Positions 1 to 13,564 of a stretch of DNA of 64,000 bases are shown in pieces (position 1 is the first letter of the stretch; every line of letters begins with the position of its first letter). A program made the position numbers and the translations under genes. The DNA comes from Glaucostegus cemiculus (lineage: Eukaryota): NCBI GenBank assembly GCA_976551045.1, contig CDPCPM010000213.1, positions 4,898,001 through 4,962,000 on the forward strand, written 5' to 3'. The notes beneath the pieces are model-generated. The model made no database searches. It was given only the letters and a program-made list of their open reading frames with translations, and had not been told where the DNA came from.

Positions 1-789
1 TGGTACATGATGTAGACAAGCCTTGTTTACTTTTGACAACATATACTCCTAAAGATGCCAAGAATTCCAATCACTCCATCGACAAGTATTTCTTTGTATC
101 ATACAGTTGTCTCCTTTATACCTGTCAGCACCCTAGACTTCCTGAGTGGGCTTAGATTGAAAGGTGGGTGGCCAACGTGATCAGTATACCATATCTGAGG
201 TCATATTTGTCTTGGGGAAAGGGCTGTCCCACCTATGGCTACAGAAAGTCTGTAGGTGCATCAATGTTTGGTACCTCTTCCAACGCCACTAAGTTTGATA
301 CCCTTGCTGTTTCAGCCATTCTTGCAGAAAATAAATGTCCTGGTGTTAATTATCTTGATACACAAGTATACTTAACTCTTCTGTGGTGAAAATATTGTTC
401 CAAATTCCCCCTATGTCGTAAATGAGGGCTTTGTGGTAGCCCTTTGCAGCAATAGCAGTGTGATCTGGGATAGTGGGTAATCGTCCTCCACCTCCAATTC
501 ATCTCTGTGAGGGAAGTGTAGCCCAGCTATCACCTGCTGTATTAATCAATAATACATTAAAATGGCAAGTTTGCTCAAGATACCCACCTGTTACCTTCAA
601 TGAATACATATAACAGCATCTACATGCTGGAATTGAAAACATCTGTTACCCATCTATCATGCCAATAAAGTGAAGGTTGTCCATCAGCAATCTTCCATCC
701 CCCACAATGGGATAAAAAGCACCTGTATCCCAAGAGAAAATAGGCTTCAGCCACCTCAACCAATCCCTCTAATGAGGCAGGCTCCCATT

Positions 790-1235
790 AGCTTGTTCCT
801 GCCCTTTGCCTCTTCCCCATGTCTTTGTCCTCTCATTCTGTTCAATTATCTGCTTTCATTCCATTCTCAGCTCCCTTCCAACCTCTCTTTATCCTTTTCT
901 TCTCTCCCTGTCCTACCCTTCCCCTTCCTCTTCACTCTCTGTCCTCCATTCCTGATCCATGTTCCATTATTCCTCTCACCGACACTTCCCTCCTCTGCTC
1001 TTGTTCTCCATCACTCCTCCACTGTTACCCCATTTTTCTTCTTCTCCTTTTCTTCTTTATCCCACTCCCTCTCTCGCCTCTTCACTCATTCACTTCCTGC
1101 TTCTCCCCTCACCTCTTTTCTCTCTCCAACTCTTCCCTTCTCATTCCTTGTTCACCTCACTTCTCTTTCCTCTCTACAGCTCCCCTCTAATGTCACGCCT
1201 GCCCCTTCTTCCTCAGTTCTCTGTACTCACCAACT
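790..1235. repeat. Long C/T-rich low-complexity polypyrimidine tract
   Basis: About 450 nt of nearly all C/T on the + strand; explains the S/P/L/F-rich ORFs in three frames at 670-1338. Confidence 0.85.
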
Positions 1236-2249
1236 TCTGCACAGAAACTCTAATAGGATCTTGACTACACTCGTGAGAGGGATATGGGATATGAATAGTG
1301 AGGCATTGATATGTGCAGCCAGTACATCAGGAATGTAAAGCAGTATTGGAAGCCTGGCAGCTTAAAAAAAAATCTGGCTTTGCCCTTGATCCCAAAACTT
1401 CACATTGTTCCATGTCTTATTTTAGCAATACACAGGAAACCTCAAAGGACCAGTAGTGCATTAAACAGCAAAGCAGTTCAGGCTTAAGCACGCTTTCCAC
1501 TGAAAACCGTTTTGGATGGAAAAACTGCATTTCAGAGGAAACATAAAACAGTTCATGAAAAAATTGGCCAGAAAATAGAATAGATGTTAATTAACAAAAA
1601 ATATTCTGTATAACTTGTGAGGTACAATAACCTTGAGGTGAGCCATTTCTAATGATTGTGTGAATCAAAGCACGTAAGTTACAAATCTATCCAGCAAACA
1701 CAATTCAAGGGCAGGATTTCTTGTAACAACAGTGACAACAACAACTTGCACCACAACACAGCAGCTTTAATATTGGAAATGTCCTAAAGTTTTGAATGGA
1801 TGTAAAATCAAATTAAAGTGGATGCTCACTCAAAGCAGGTGCTAGGAAAGGTTTGAAAAAAATAAATGTTTGAGGTGGGTTTAGTAAAGGTCTTAAATAA
1901 AGAAAAGGGGAAATGAAGGGGTTTTGGCCAGAATTAGAGATTGTGGGGACATGGGAGTGGAAGGTCAGAGTCAATGTTAATGAGACAAAGGGATTGATAT
2001 GAGCTGGAGGCTTAGAGTTCTAGAGTTGGGTGTATGGAGAGGATTCAAGTCATGAAAGGAGTTATAAATATTGATGAAGCTTTTAAATTGGAGGTGTCCA
2101 GAGGTCTGGTTCTTGTTTAATTGCACAGCCCTAATTACCGGCTTCTCTCTCCTTCTGGCAAAGAATGAGGGAAACTTCATCCAGTGAGGATTAATTTGTC
2201 ATAACTCTCCCTGCTCCACTGAAACCATTGTTCTCCATTAATGGGATGT

Positions 2250-2600
2250 GAATAGTTCTGGCAAGGTCGGTATTTATAGACTGTCCGTAATTGGTCTTGA
2301 GAAGGTGGTGGTAGGCTGCAGTCCTGGTGACGAGGCTCCTCCCATGGTGGGTTCAGGTGTTCCAGGGTTTTGACTCAGTGGTGGTGCAGGATCAACAGTA
2401 AATGAGCGTAGGGTATGGTGTTTCTATCACATGGGAGAGAATGTTTGAGGTGATTGCTGGGTGCTGCCAATCACATGGGCTGTTCCATACTTCTTGGCTT
2501 CAAGCTTCTTGAGTGTCATTAGAGTTGTACTTACCCAGGTAAGTGGAGAACTAAACTATAATCCTGAATTGTGGAGAGGCTTTGGTGAGTGAGAAGGTGA
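2250..2600 (-). mobile_element. Degenerate CR1/L2-clade LINE 3' fragment
   Basis: 'ggtcttgagaaggtggtggt' and flanks resemble 60520-60650 and the reverse of the 3' end of the 6260-7340 LINE ('ctcaccaccatttttcaag'). Confidence 0.5.
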
Positions 2601-4009
2601 ATCACTTGCACCACCACCCCCCACACCTCCCACACAGCATACATTTCACATGTCCTTTGGCATATAAATTGGGAGACATGGACATGGTGCACCTAATGGC
2701 CTCCTTGTGCCCTGTAACTTTCTATGATTATGCATTCCTCTGGAAATCATGTGATGACAAAAATTCAAGTCACGTGACACAGCAGAAACATGGCCAGCAT
2801 ATATTCCAGAAAAGACTGAGAATGAAGTTTATTAATCTGATAACTTGTGGAATTCTTATATTTTTGCAGGACATTTCCCACCATTATTAACTTTGATAAC
2901 CTTTAAGTAATTGAAGACATTTTTAATTTCTTTAAGTGAGAAGGTGTAACTATGGGAATACTAATTATGAAAAATTTAAAAATGAAATTCCAAAATGAAA
3001 ATAGATGGCAATTATAATTTCAAAATTTTTATCTCATGCATTGAATATTCAGGCATAAAAACAGCTTGTAAAAATCTGTGTGAGATACAGGAGGAGTGGG
3101 GGGAGTGAGGGAAAGATTTTTCTCATCGCCCTTTGTCCAAGGTATTGCATGTTTTTTACAAATAGTCCCAGTTGTTGCCAGTGTGGACAACCACTTGTGA
3201 AAAATCTTGTAGAGCCAAACTTGTAATTTAAACACAAACTACCAGCCTTGCATTAAAGATCACAATCATTTGAATTTGTTTAATTGCCTACAATTGGGGA
3301 TGTAAATCTTAATCCAAATAAAATTCTTTACTTGACGGACAGGGTTCAACAAGAAAAGGGTAGTTGAATTATTGGCTTTATAAGATTCAAATAAAATGTA
3401 ACTTTGCCCTACTCTTCACAGTTCTTGACTTGCTGGTTTTCTGAGGTCTTTTGGTGTATTTGTTCTTTTCTGTGGACTAGTTAGGTACATCTCTTTCAAC
3501 AATTGTACAAATCTTTTGGAGGTACCTGTACATTGAGACAATGGATTGTAAGATTATTAAAGTATAGGTAGCCATATTGTAACACAACATATAATGGTGA
3601 CCGGTCATTAAAACATTGTGTAGAGTTTTGTCTTCTGGGGCAGGTAGGACAAAGGCAGCATCTCTGATAGGTGAGCTGAGGGTTGCCATTGGGACAAGTT
3701 GTAGTGGTCATCCAGTCAATGGATTAATTAGTTAGAGGTAGGAGGGAGAAAAAGGAACAAAGCTATGAGATCAGGGTAAAAGAATGGGAGAATGCAGACA
3801 AAGAAACATGGAAAGATCAGGAAGTGCTGAGAGAGAGAAAAATACTGAACCAATATCACAGATAGATGACTGACGGCAGAAATGGCCAGTTCTGATACAG
3901 AGAAAGCAAGTTAGGCGAAATTGTGGAATTCGGTATTGAGTCTGTAAGGTTGCTATGTGTCTATTCGGAAGATCCATTTCTCTTCCATCTTCTCTGCAGC
4001 TTAAAACCA

Positions 4010-4125
4010 GCCTGTTTTCTCTCTTTCACAATTCTGACAAAGGGTCTTTGATCTGAAACATTAACTCTTCTTCTCTCTCCACATATTACCTGACCTGAGC
4101 CTTTAAAGTGTTTTCTGTTTTTATG
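4010..4125 (+). mobile_element. Penelope-derived short element, decayed hammerhead-like core
   Basis: ttCTGACAAagggtctttgatctGAAAcattaactct...cctgacctgagc...ttttctgttttta; same layout as the other copies. Confidence 0.55.
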
Positions 4126-6259
4126 ATAAACAGATGTGGTCTAATGTGATTTTTAAAAAATGTGAACATATTTTTATTCGTGATACTTGTGTCACAATTC
4201 TTTCTTGCTCATGGCTCAGAACAGAAATGAAAGCAAGACTTTTTTTTCCAATCAATCAACTTAATCCAATTGCCAACTATGCAATGTCAGAGTAATTATT
4301 TTCATTTAAGCATGACAGCATCATATATTCATTTCATGCAATGTGCATTTAAAATTAAATTTTAAAAGTTTTTAGTTACAGGTGGGAATGGTAAAATGTC
4401 TTTTATTGCTCTGAAACAATAAATCATTGGTCTGCTGATTACGATTATATTTCCAGTGGAAATGTAATTTAAACAGATGCTGAAGACAGCAAACAACTAT
4501 TTTTCCACTTATTTATTATTAAAATCCACACCTGAATTAAATGTTAGAACAGATCCTGTGTTAGCCTTGCTGATGCTTAAAATAGGACATGTAAATAATT
4601 GATGGTGAGTTGTGAAACTAGTGTGGAAGGCGTAAGCACCTGTGGCTCCAGAGGACAGGTGCCAAGATGTTTCGGTCTGTCTAGTTGAATGGTCTGTTGT
4701 CTTCTGCATTCATTCACAGTTCTCTGACCTTAGAGGAAGTGAAAATGGAGCTACCAATATGTAAACAGATGTGCAAAATTACTTCTGGAAACACAAGGCA
4801 TTCTGATGCTGAGATTTCAATCCCCATTTTAAATTGTATGAACAGAAACTGAAAAAGTTTCCAAATCTTGCTGACCTTATCACAATAAGGTCCTGGAGAA
4901 TTCATTCTTATGCCTATCCTACACTCACATAGCCAGGTAGTCAGCTGACAACATTAGAAGGATGAAAGGGTGCAGGAGACTGCACTGGGGACTGGAGGAA
5001 TCTTCCCTGGCGCACAGAGCTGAGGAAATGGAGACTCCCCAGGTCAAGGAGAGTGAAGAAACAAACAAACTATTTTGCTTCTATGGATTTCACTTCCCAT
5101 GTGGGACGTCTCTTTTGCTGCTTTCTACATGGTCAAGTTCTGCAGTTGGTGCCAGAAATGAGCTCCTGGAATGCAGCACTCCAGGCTGTAAGGAAAGGAG
5201 AAGCAGGCAAAGACGAGATGGACTTCTAGACTTAGTTTTCCCTGAAAGTCCTTGAAACTTCAGTAGTTTTTGTAAGTTAATAGAGATTCCACACACATGC
5301 AATCTACAGAACTCTCAGTTATGATGAATGGGAACATGAAGGTCCATTCATTTCTATTGGCCAGAGTTCCCCTGAATAATTTTTTATTTGATTTCTGTCC
5401 ACTGGCCAAAGTTTAGCTCAAAGAACACCTTCACCTCTCCCTACCATCAAATTATTGCCTAAACGAAGCATATTCACATCCCTCTTGCCAAGTTCTGGGA
5501 CAGCTGTACCAAACTGTAGTATCAGTGCTATCAAAACCCCAGGGCTATTGACAAGTGCACCCACACCACCAGACTAAGTCCAGGAGAGCTAACTCACTCC
5601 TGGCTCCCCTATGTTTCTGAAATACCTCTCCCTAGCTATTCCATTTTTCAAACTTTTTGGGAATGGACTTTGTGAATATATGGGTTTATAAACTAAAGAA
5701 TCCTCATTTACATAATGCTGAATGAAAAATGCAAGATTTTGAAATTCATTTCCCAAAGTATGAGGTAAAGACCCAAAATACTGTGTACGGCAATAAATGT
5801 TTATGTTCAGTCTCTGTAAGGGAGTGGCCTTGCTGCATAGTATTGGCACCTCGATGACAATAAAATGGTAAAAATTAATTTATTTCAAATTAATCTTGAA
5901 TGAGAAGCTGACATTAATGCGAATCATGAAACTACTGATTTGTCTGAAGAAGTAACAGGAAAATCTACTGTCCTTGAGTTGGCCTATATGTGGCTTCAGA
6001 CTGGCCCAGTGTAGCCCAGCAAGCTACTCAAATGCAACAAAACCTCTATCAAAATATATGTCAATAAGATTGAAAGCATCACAGCAACTTAGCCTGGACC
6101 TCGGTTTGAATATTCCAGTGGACCTTCGAAAGTCTTTTCCACTTGGAAGGGTACCAAAATTAAGAGAGCAGTAATGCTTTCTGCCATCAGCCTAGATTAT
6201 TGGATATGTTTGCAGGAGGCGTTGGCATAGTGGCGTTAGAATTTCTCAACCCTGAAGCT

Positions 6260-7340
6260 GAACCTCATTAAACAAGGTGAAACATCAGCGAGGGTTGTTG
6301 GTGATGAAGTTGGTTGAAGGTGAAACATCATGCTGGTTTTCACCTTCTGCCCACCGTCAATTTTTGAACTCCACTGGGAAGAGTCACTGAGAGTGGTGAG
6401 GAGACGTGTTGTACAGGTAAGGAACTTCATTACCTGTCGGCAAGAGTGGCATCACTCCTGACCGGACTCCTCAGGGTAGTGTCCTACCTGTGGCCATCAA
6501 CACCTGATAACTCAATGACCGTTTTTCCATCATTACGTCAGAAGTAGGGTGGTTCACTGATGATTAGACAACGTTTAGCATCATTTGCAGTCCTCGCGGT
6601 TATGTGCCCATTTGCAGCATAACATGTGTAGCTTTCAGCCATGGATAGATAAGTAGCATGTAATATTTGTACCACACAAGCTCTAGGCATTGACCATCTC
6701 CAGCAAGAATGTAACCCTTTCCTTTTGCCATTTACCTAGATCACTGTTGTCAACTCATCAGTTAACAATGTCTTGTTGACTACTATTAGTCAGAGGCTTT
6801 ACTGGGCCAGCTACATTAATACTGTGGCTGAAGCAAAAGTCAGAAACTGGGTAGGTTGCAATCTGTGACTAATCTCCTGACTCCTCAAAGCAACGTCATT
6901 GTTTCAAATTACAAATCAGGGCTATGTAAAAACTGTCAAAAATTGAGTGCAGTTTTAACGATGTTCAAGAAACTCAGTACTATTCAGGTCAAAGCAGCCA
7001 TTTGGTTGGCATCTGATATCCCTCCCTAATCATTCACACCTTCTAATTCTGACGGACTGTGGTTGCAGTGTGCACCACCCACAGAATGCACAGCAGCAAC
7101 AGGCTTTCTTCCGTACTGTTTCTCAAACTCACAAGCTTTGTGCCCAGACGGACAAAAGCAGCAGGTAGAACTAATCCTTACTGAGATATGTATTGGCATT
7201 CCTTCATCATCTTCGAGTCAAAATGCTGGAAATCCCAAAATGCCTTCACCAGAGAGACTGTAGCAGTTCAAAATGGATGCTCACCACCATTTTTCAAGTG
7301 CAGTTAGGAATTCCCAAGAATGCTGCTCTTCCTGATATCG
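6260..7340 (+). mobile_element. Degenerate LINE reverse transcriptase and 3' end (CR1/L2 clade)
   Basis: cctcagggtagtgtccta reads PQGSVL and ttcactgatgat reads FTDD (the FADD catalytic motif); frame broken. Confidence 0.7.
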
Positions 7341-7977
7341 TGCAGTTGAATAAGTATAAAAATAAGTGTTTGTTTCTTAAAAGTCTGTGGAAACAATTTG
7401 TGGCAGCTGGGAACGGTCCTTCACAACAATTACACTGGATGTTCTGGTCGACTGTCTGATGTATTATAAAATCCAATTACATTTCTGCAGATTCTGATAG
7501 CAACAAAACTGCTGAGGAACCAATCTCCATAAAATCAGTTTAAAAAATATACTGAAATGTGGGATGAGATAATGGGCATTCTGTTTCTGGGATATTTATT
7601 TAAGGCAAAGTGTCTGCTTAACTGTGAGTTCATTGACAGTTCATTTTGTTTATCAGTGACTGGATCAAGAAAATGTTGGTCAGTACACAGCCTTCCACTA
7701 AAGAAATTTCTACTATCTCCTTTGCTTCTGGAATTAGTTTGTTTTTCTCTGTTCCTGCCCCAGTAGAGATGCTATTTAGCAGCCCACCACTTCCTGCTGG
7801 CTGACCAGATGGTAGAGTAGAACATTAAAGCTTCAGTCTGTGCTTCTTTGAATAAACCGTAAGGCCCTGGGCATTACTGCAAGTTATTTGTTTCCGAATA
7901 TGGATGTAACCAGTTGTTACAAAGTGATCCTTGGCAAGAATCGATACTGAACCGAAGTTTAAGGAAACATGAATATC

Positions 7978-8380
7978 AGAGAAACAAGGGACTGCAGGTT
8001 CTAGAATATGGAGCAAAAAAAAATAAAGTGCTGGAAGAATTCATTGGATGATGCAGCATCTGTGGAGGCAAAAGAGATGTGTCAGCTTTTCAGGTCTGAT
8101 GCTGGGCCTCGACCAGAAACAGCATCTCATCCCTTTTGCCTCGACAAATGCTGCTTGGCCTGCTGGTGTTTGCTTAAATCAAAACAGTTATGGAAATACT
8201 CAGCAGTTCAGGAATTATTTGTGAAGAAAGAACCTGAATTACTGTTCCATGTCAATGATCCTTCATTTATTATTGACCTTAAATGTTGATTGTGTTTCTC
8301 TCACCATGGATGCTGCCTGACCCTGACTATTTCCAGCATCTTCTAATTTTACTTCAGATTTGTAGTACTTTGCTTTTTTC
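7978..8380. mobile_element. Two adjacent palindromic Penelope-derived elements
   Basis: Arm gcagcatctgtggaggcaaaagagatg pairs with catctcatcccttttgcctcgacaaatgctgc around CTGATG...GAAAC; second element ends gatgctgcctgaccctgactatttccagcatc. Confidence 0.65.
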
Positions 8381-9339
8381 ATAGCCAGGGAATGTGACTT
8401 GAAATGTATTTGAGTGAGATTACTTTATCTGCAGTGTTATTAAAGCCAGTTAACTCAGTTCATGTCCTTGTTAAAAAAGCAAGGTCAGTTCATGCAAATC
8501 TATTAACCCTATTATCATTTCCTTTCATTTTTAGATGAATTATTGGAGCAATCATCATGATTTAAGATATGTGCTATGTCAAAGCAATGTCTGCAAAATG
8601 TGCTTTGACTGACATTGTTTAAAATCCCTTGCCGTTTGGAGTGGATTACATGGCCAAAAGGAGACAATTATTGGGGATCCCAGCTGGCCTATTCACATCT
8701 AGAAAGACAAGACTGCTGACCATACACTGGGGGCTCAGCCAAGAAATTTCTACTTAAACAGCCTCTGCAAGGCAGTTAGCTGTGTCAGTTGTTAATGCAA
8801 CTAGACTTAATTTTGAAGAGAGGCAGGTTATTTTCAATATTTGGAAAAGGAGACAGGCTTTTCAATAAAATTAGGACTGTAAATGTTTGCCTGATTGCTT
8901 GGTGCTGAATCATCAAAGCGATCTTCTTAAACAATCGAGAAATGTATCAGATGAGAAAAGAGTGATTCAGGAAATCTGAACTGAACCTTGAGCAGGTAGG
9001 AGCAAAACAATTGAAACAAAATAAACTGGAGAAGGGATAACTATTCTTGAGGGGAAGAATCATAGATCAGAATTAGGGTACTAATAATGCATTAATCCTG
9101 GTCTGCAGTGCAAATAGGGAGAGGGGGAATGGGAATGATTGGTGTACTAGGAGTTGGCATTGACCTGATGGGTCAAGTGATGTTGGTAACTGCTGTAATA
9201 ATAAGTAAGTAAATACCTAGGTAAGAGCTCAGAAAATGCCAACACAAAAGAATGTTAAATTTAAATGCCTATGAAAGGGAGAGGTATTGGAGATAAGATT
9301 GGAAGCTGTCATGGGAAGAGAAGACTTTGGCAATGGTGA

Positions 9340-9882
9340 TATCATACCTGGGATATTATGTACAATTTTTTGGTCTCCTTGCTTGAATGGATCTGCTGGT
9401 TATACCGGGAGTACAGAGAGTGCATTCACCAGTTCCTAGGATAGCAGCTCTGTCATATGAAGAGGGATTGAGTAGGCTCAGCTTCTTCTCTAGAGTTTGG
9501 AGAATGAAAGGTGACCTCGTTGAAACATACCAAATTTTACAGGGCTTGACAGGGTAGATATGAGGAGAATGTTTTCCCTGACTGGGAAGTTATAACACAC
9601 AATCTCAAAATACGGGGTAGGCCACTTAAAGCGAAAATGAGGAGACAATTTTTTTTCACACAAGGAGTGTTGAATCTTTGGAATTCTCTGCCCTGGAGGG
9701 CTGTGGCTGCTTAATTGTAAATTGCATTGAAAACTGAGATTTTTGGATATAAAGCGAATCAAGGAATATGGGAATGGAGCAGGAAGTTGGTGTTGAGGAG
9801 AGAATCTGCTTTGGTTTTATTGAATAATGGATCAGGCTCGAGCAGTCAAATGGATGACTCCTGCACCTACTTTTAATGTTCC
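9340..9882 (+). mobile_element. CR1-type LINE 3' fragment
   Basis: Typical CR1 ORF2 C-terminus and UTR (gagaatgaaaggtgacctcgttgaaacatac; gggcttgacagggtagat; gaatctttggaattctctgccc). Confidence 0.8.
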
Positions 9883-9949
9883 CATGTGATGGGATATAAG
9901 AAATGTGACTAAACTCAGAGGATAGAAATCACTTTGTTAACCCCATGTG

Positions 9950-10700
9950 CAGAATGTTGAAAGAGATAGAAAAGCAGTTGGTTTTGCCTTGTGATAGAAA
10001 CAGGATGGAGAAAAAAATGAGGTTGGTCATTTTGGATGAGGTGATAAGATATAATAGGAACTTTTGTGTGCAGTTTTGAAAATTCAAGCCAACGTTAGTG
10101 GGATGTCACAGACCACCATGTCATCGTGAGAAATCTCCTCTGTGAAGAGGTAAAGGAGGGTGTGTTAGAATAGCAAAGTTATTTTAATTGGAGATTTCAA
10201 TCCACACACTATAAATGGGAAGCAGGCCAAGTGTCTAGATGACTCAGTGTAGGAGAGCCACAAGAGATAACCTTCATCCAGACTTCATGTTTGTTGATGA
10301 CCCTGATAACACACAGGAAGTGGAATTTATAACATCACAGGCACTGCATCACTCCGTGATGGAGCCTGACATGTTCTACAACCACAAACTAGAAACCACA
10401 TCGGTAACTTAGATAAGTGAACAAATCTATTATGTTGTTGAAGAAAGATCTATGTGGAAAAGATATTTGAAAATGTTTCACAAATAATGTTGTAAATTAA
10501 CTTCAAAGCTGTGGAAATTCAGGGCAGAATTTGATTACAGATAAATATAATTTGTAGACCAGAAAGCAATGACAGATGAGGGTATTTGCAGGGTAAAAGG
10601 AAACAATGAGCAAAGTCAACAAAGTCTCTAATGTATGGCAGTGACTTGGATTCAGAAGCTGAATGCTATCTGAAAATGTTACCAAGCTTGAAATTGAATG
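9950..10700 (+). mobile_element. Highly degenerate LINE endonuclease fragment
   Basis: gtgggatgtcacagaccacca reads VGCHRPP (YRPP motif) and aaagttattttaattggagatttcaat reads KVILIGDFN (APE endonuclease motif). Confidence 0.55.
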
Positions 10701-10994
10701 AGCCAGCCCAGATGTTACATACTGGTTGTGCCCAGCTTACGAACACCTGACTTGTCTACAGTTCGTACATACAAATGAGTGTTTAGGAGACCAACGGTAT
10801 GGATTTGCCCAGTGTTGTTAGCTGCCGCATTTCCGACTGTTCTTTTTATGAATGGTGTGAGGTTAATCCAGACAGGAGTAATGTAGTTAAGGAGGAGAAA
10901 TAGATGACATGGATTCTTAATCCAGAACACTGCCTTAAACCTTCCTCAGAGTAGGTCAAAGGGAAATACATATAAAGCACGATATATATAGAAG

Positions 10995-11367
10995 TTCCCC
11001 ACCCCACCTCCTTCCCTTTATTCCATGCTCCACCATGCTGTCCTGCCTGATTCCATCTTCTTCAGCCTTTTGTCACTTCCATCTATCACCTCCCAGCTTC
11101 TGACATCATTCCCACTCTCTTCCCACCTTCCTCTGAATATCACCCCCATCACCTGGGTGTACCTGGTACCCGCCGGGCTCTTGCTCCATGCCTTCCCTAC
11201 ACCTTTTTATGCTGGCTATCTCCCCTTGATGAAAGTTGAGACCCTTCATCTTTAAGAGTCTCAACTCAAAACGTTGACTGTCCATTTCCCTCCATAGATG
11301 CTGCCTGAGCCAGAGTTCCTCCAATGCCTTTGTGCATTGCTCCAGATTTCCAGCATCTGCAATCTTT
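10995..11367 (+). mobile_element. Penelope-like element terminal fragment
   Basis: Pyrimidine-rich segment, then gtctcaactcaaaacgttgactgtccatttccctccatagatgctgcctgag...ctccagatttccagcatctgcaatc. Confidence 0.7.
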
Positions 11368-12005
11368 ATATAAAGCAAGAGTTCATTTTAGAACTGATAC
11401 GATACTTTCTTCTTCATGAAGAGAGTAATGAATACTTGTATTGGACTTCCAGACATAATGAAATCAGTGGTGGAGTGCTGGGATCTTGGTATTAGATTTG
11501 GACAAAGTTTGCTTTTCATCCATGGGCATGTTGTAAAATATTGGAACTTGTTAGTTGCAGTGGTGCATCATATGGATATATAATGTGCCAAGGATTTCAA
11601 AGCCTCAGTTGAGTTTATCTCTGCCCAACAGCTTCCACCTCGGTATTTTGGCAGAAGTGCTGTCTGAGAGGCAGTATTTAAAACATGAGAAAACCTTCAG
11701 TGTTCCATCTGCACAAGTTCCTTCTTCTGTAGTGAGTGAATATAAGGTTGTAATATTTCCAAGCTGGTCCAACTGTATTCAGTTTGGCAGCACTGTTGAG
11801 CTGGAAGCAGGAGTGGAAATGCTTATGCTCTGTACCAAGAGTTGGGCCAAACCCTTCACTGTTCTATTTGTGTTTATGAGTAAAGTTACTCAAATGACAG
11901 TGGTTTGGGAATTTGCTTAAAAAATTAGCCCTTAAAAGCAAGCTTTGCAGTATTGGGAAATGGATTATAACCAAATATATTTACAAATTGTGACTTTGGT
12001 TTTAG

Positions 12006-12141
12006 GTTTTTGATTGGGCGGGAGAAGCCTGGAGAAACCAGTGAAGTTGCCCAGCTGATTCGTCAAACACTGGAGCAGGAGAGATGGCAGAGGGAGATGA
12101 TGGAGCAACATTATGGGCAATATGTTGATGACGATGAGGAG
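12006..12141 (+). CDS. PPP1R9B: PPP1R9B internal coding exon (end of PDZ domain and linker)
   Basis: Bounded by tttag| and |gtaagg. 136 nt (1 nt + 45 codons) encoding [45 protein letters not shown], matching recalled spinophilin [45 protein letters not shown]. Not in the ORF track. Confidence 0.95.
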
Positions 12142-12711
12142 GTAAGGTATATAATTCCTATGTTGTTGCTTTCGTTGTAGCAGTAATGGCACTTCAGAAA
12201 TGGTTCTTGATGAGATGTAGTAATGTATATCTTTCTTCATGGAACAAATTAAAACTTAAATGGGATTATTATCTGTTTTAATTTCATTGCCACAAGGTTC
12301 CACCCTGCATCATATTGAAGCAATAATCTGTTCCTCATACTGTTAGAAAACATACTTCTGAAAATGTTGCCCTAATGCTGCAGTCTGTTCCTCACGCATG
12401 CTCAACAAAAGGCTCCTTTTACCAGACCTCTTGTTAACAGATGTGGGAACATTGAATTTCTGTCATCTTTCCCTGGATTGGCCACTGAAGCTTTGGAATA
12501 TTAGTGGGAACTCTAAAGAAACAGTGTAGATGTTGTTTTCTGTATTGCTGTGAATTTCCACAGCCCTTCCAATGAAATTAAGATGGCCTTTTGGACCCCT
12601 ATCCAACCTTCCCCTACCGGCTGCCTAGTTCCAGCAGATTTTTTTTATTCATTAAAACCCAGTGTAACTGTGAAGCTGTCACTGGGTGAAGAGTCTCCAG
12701 CAACTATCATA

Positions 12712-12984
12712 CAGGTGGCCCCCACGTTACAGCTATTTGGGTAATGGAAATTCACCCTTATGATATTTACAAATTACTTACAAATTTACAAAACCCATAA
12801 ATTTGAGATATGGAATAAAATTTGCTCTCACAGAATTTATGTGGAAAAAAATGAAATGAATAAACAGAAAATCAGTTTTTTTCAACGTGCGTTTCATGAT
12901 GCATGCGCAGGTGACATGGCTTCATGTTGCAAACGCAGACCGTTTTCTAGGAACACAACCCCTCTATGACGTGGGGGTTGACTG
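12712..12984. mobile_element. Tc1/mariner (Tigger-like) non-autonomous element
   Basis: Left end ta-CAGGTGGCCCCCACGTTAC; right end reverse-complemented CAGTCAACCCCCACGTCAT; imperfect TIRs, right TA not retained. Confidence 0.5.
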
Positions 12985-13564
12985 CTTATTTTTTTCAGGA
13001 CAAGCACACAAATAAAGCTTTGCATTTTGGAATGTATGGTGACACCCATTACACATCTTATGTTCATGATGCAGCCACGTAAAATGAAAACTAAGTGGTC
13101 AAGAATAAACTGTGTGAGTATTCAAGGCACCAAGACACAATTAGAATTTAATACATGTATACTTTAGCCTGGCTGTGATCATGTGATATGCAGACAGGAC
13201 TGACTGTCTCTTGTATCCAACTTCATCATAATTGAATTTGCACTAATGTATCAGCATACACCAGAGTCCCAGGGTAGTTTGTATAATGCAGTCAGCAGGT
13301 CACGTTCACTGATGCACACAGTTCAACTGATCATGACTTGTGGTTCACAAAATACACAAATAAGGATCTGCTATACTGTGGTTTCCATTTTATGGAAACT
13401 AATCCAGACAAACAAAACAGGCCAAATAAATCATTGCTAATAAACTTGTTTGGTTAAACACAGTTGTCCGCATTGAGAAAGCTCCAGTCTCACTCCAGTG
13501 TCAGCTGTGGCTCCAGTTAGTAACATCTATTTGTGAATCACAAGATTGTGGGAACTCCCATTCT

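Noticed and set aside
670-1338. 222-aa ORF and overlapping ORFs
   Set aside because: Open only because the C/T-rich tract lacks stop codons; S/P/L/F-biased with no recognisable domain.
10718-10800. Second Tigger-like element
   Set aside because: Only one TIR-like end (tactggttgtgcccagcttacgaac) seen, with no matching partner.
1-12005. Preceding PDZ exon (IQVND...VGVTQ...RNTKG)
   Set aside because: Not found by eye; probably upstream of the window, though I cannot exclude having missed it.
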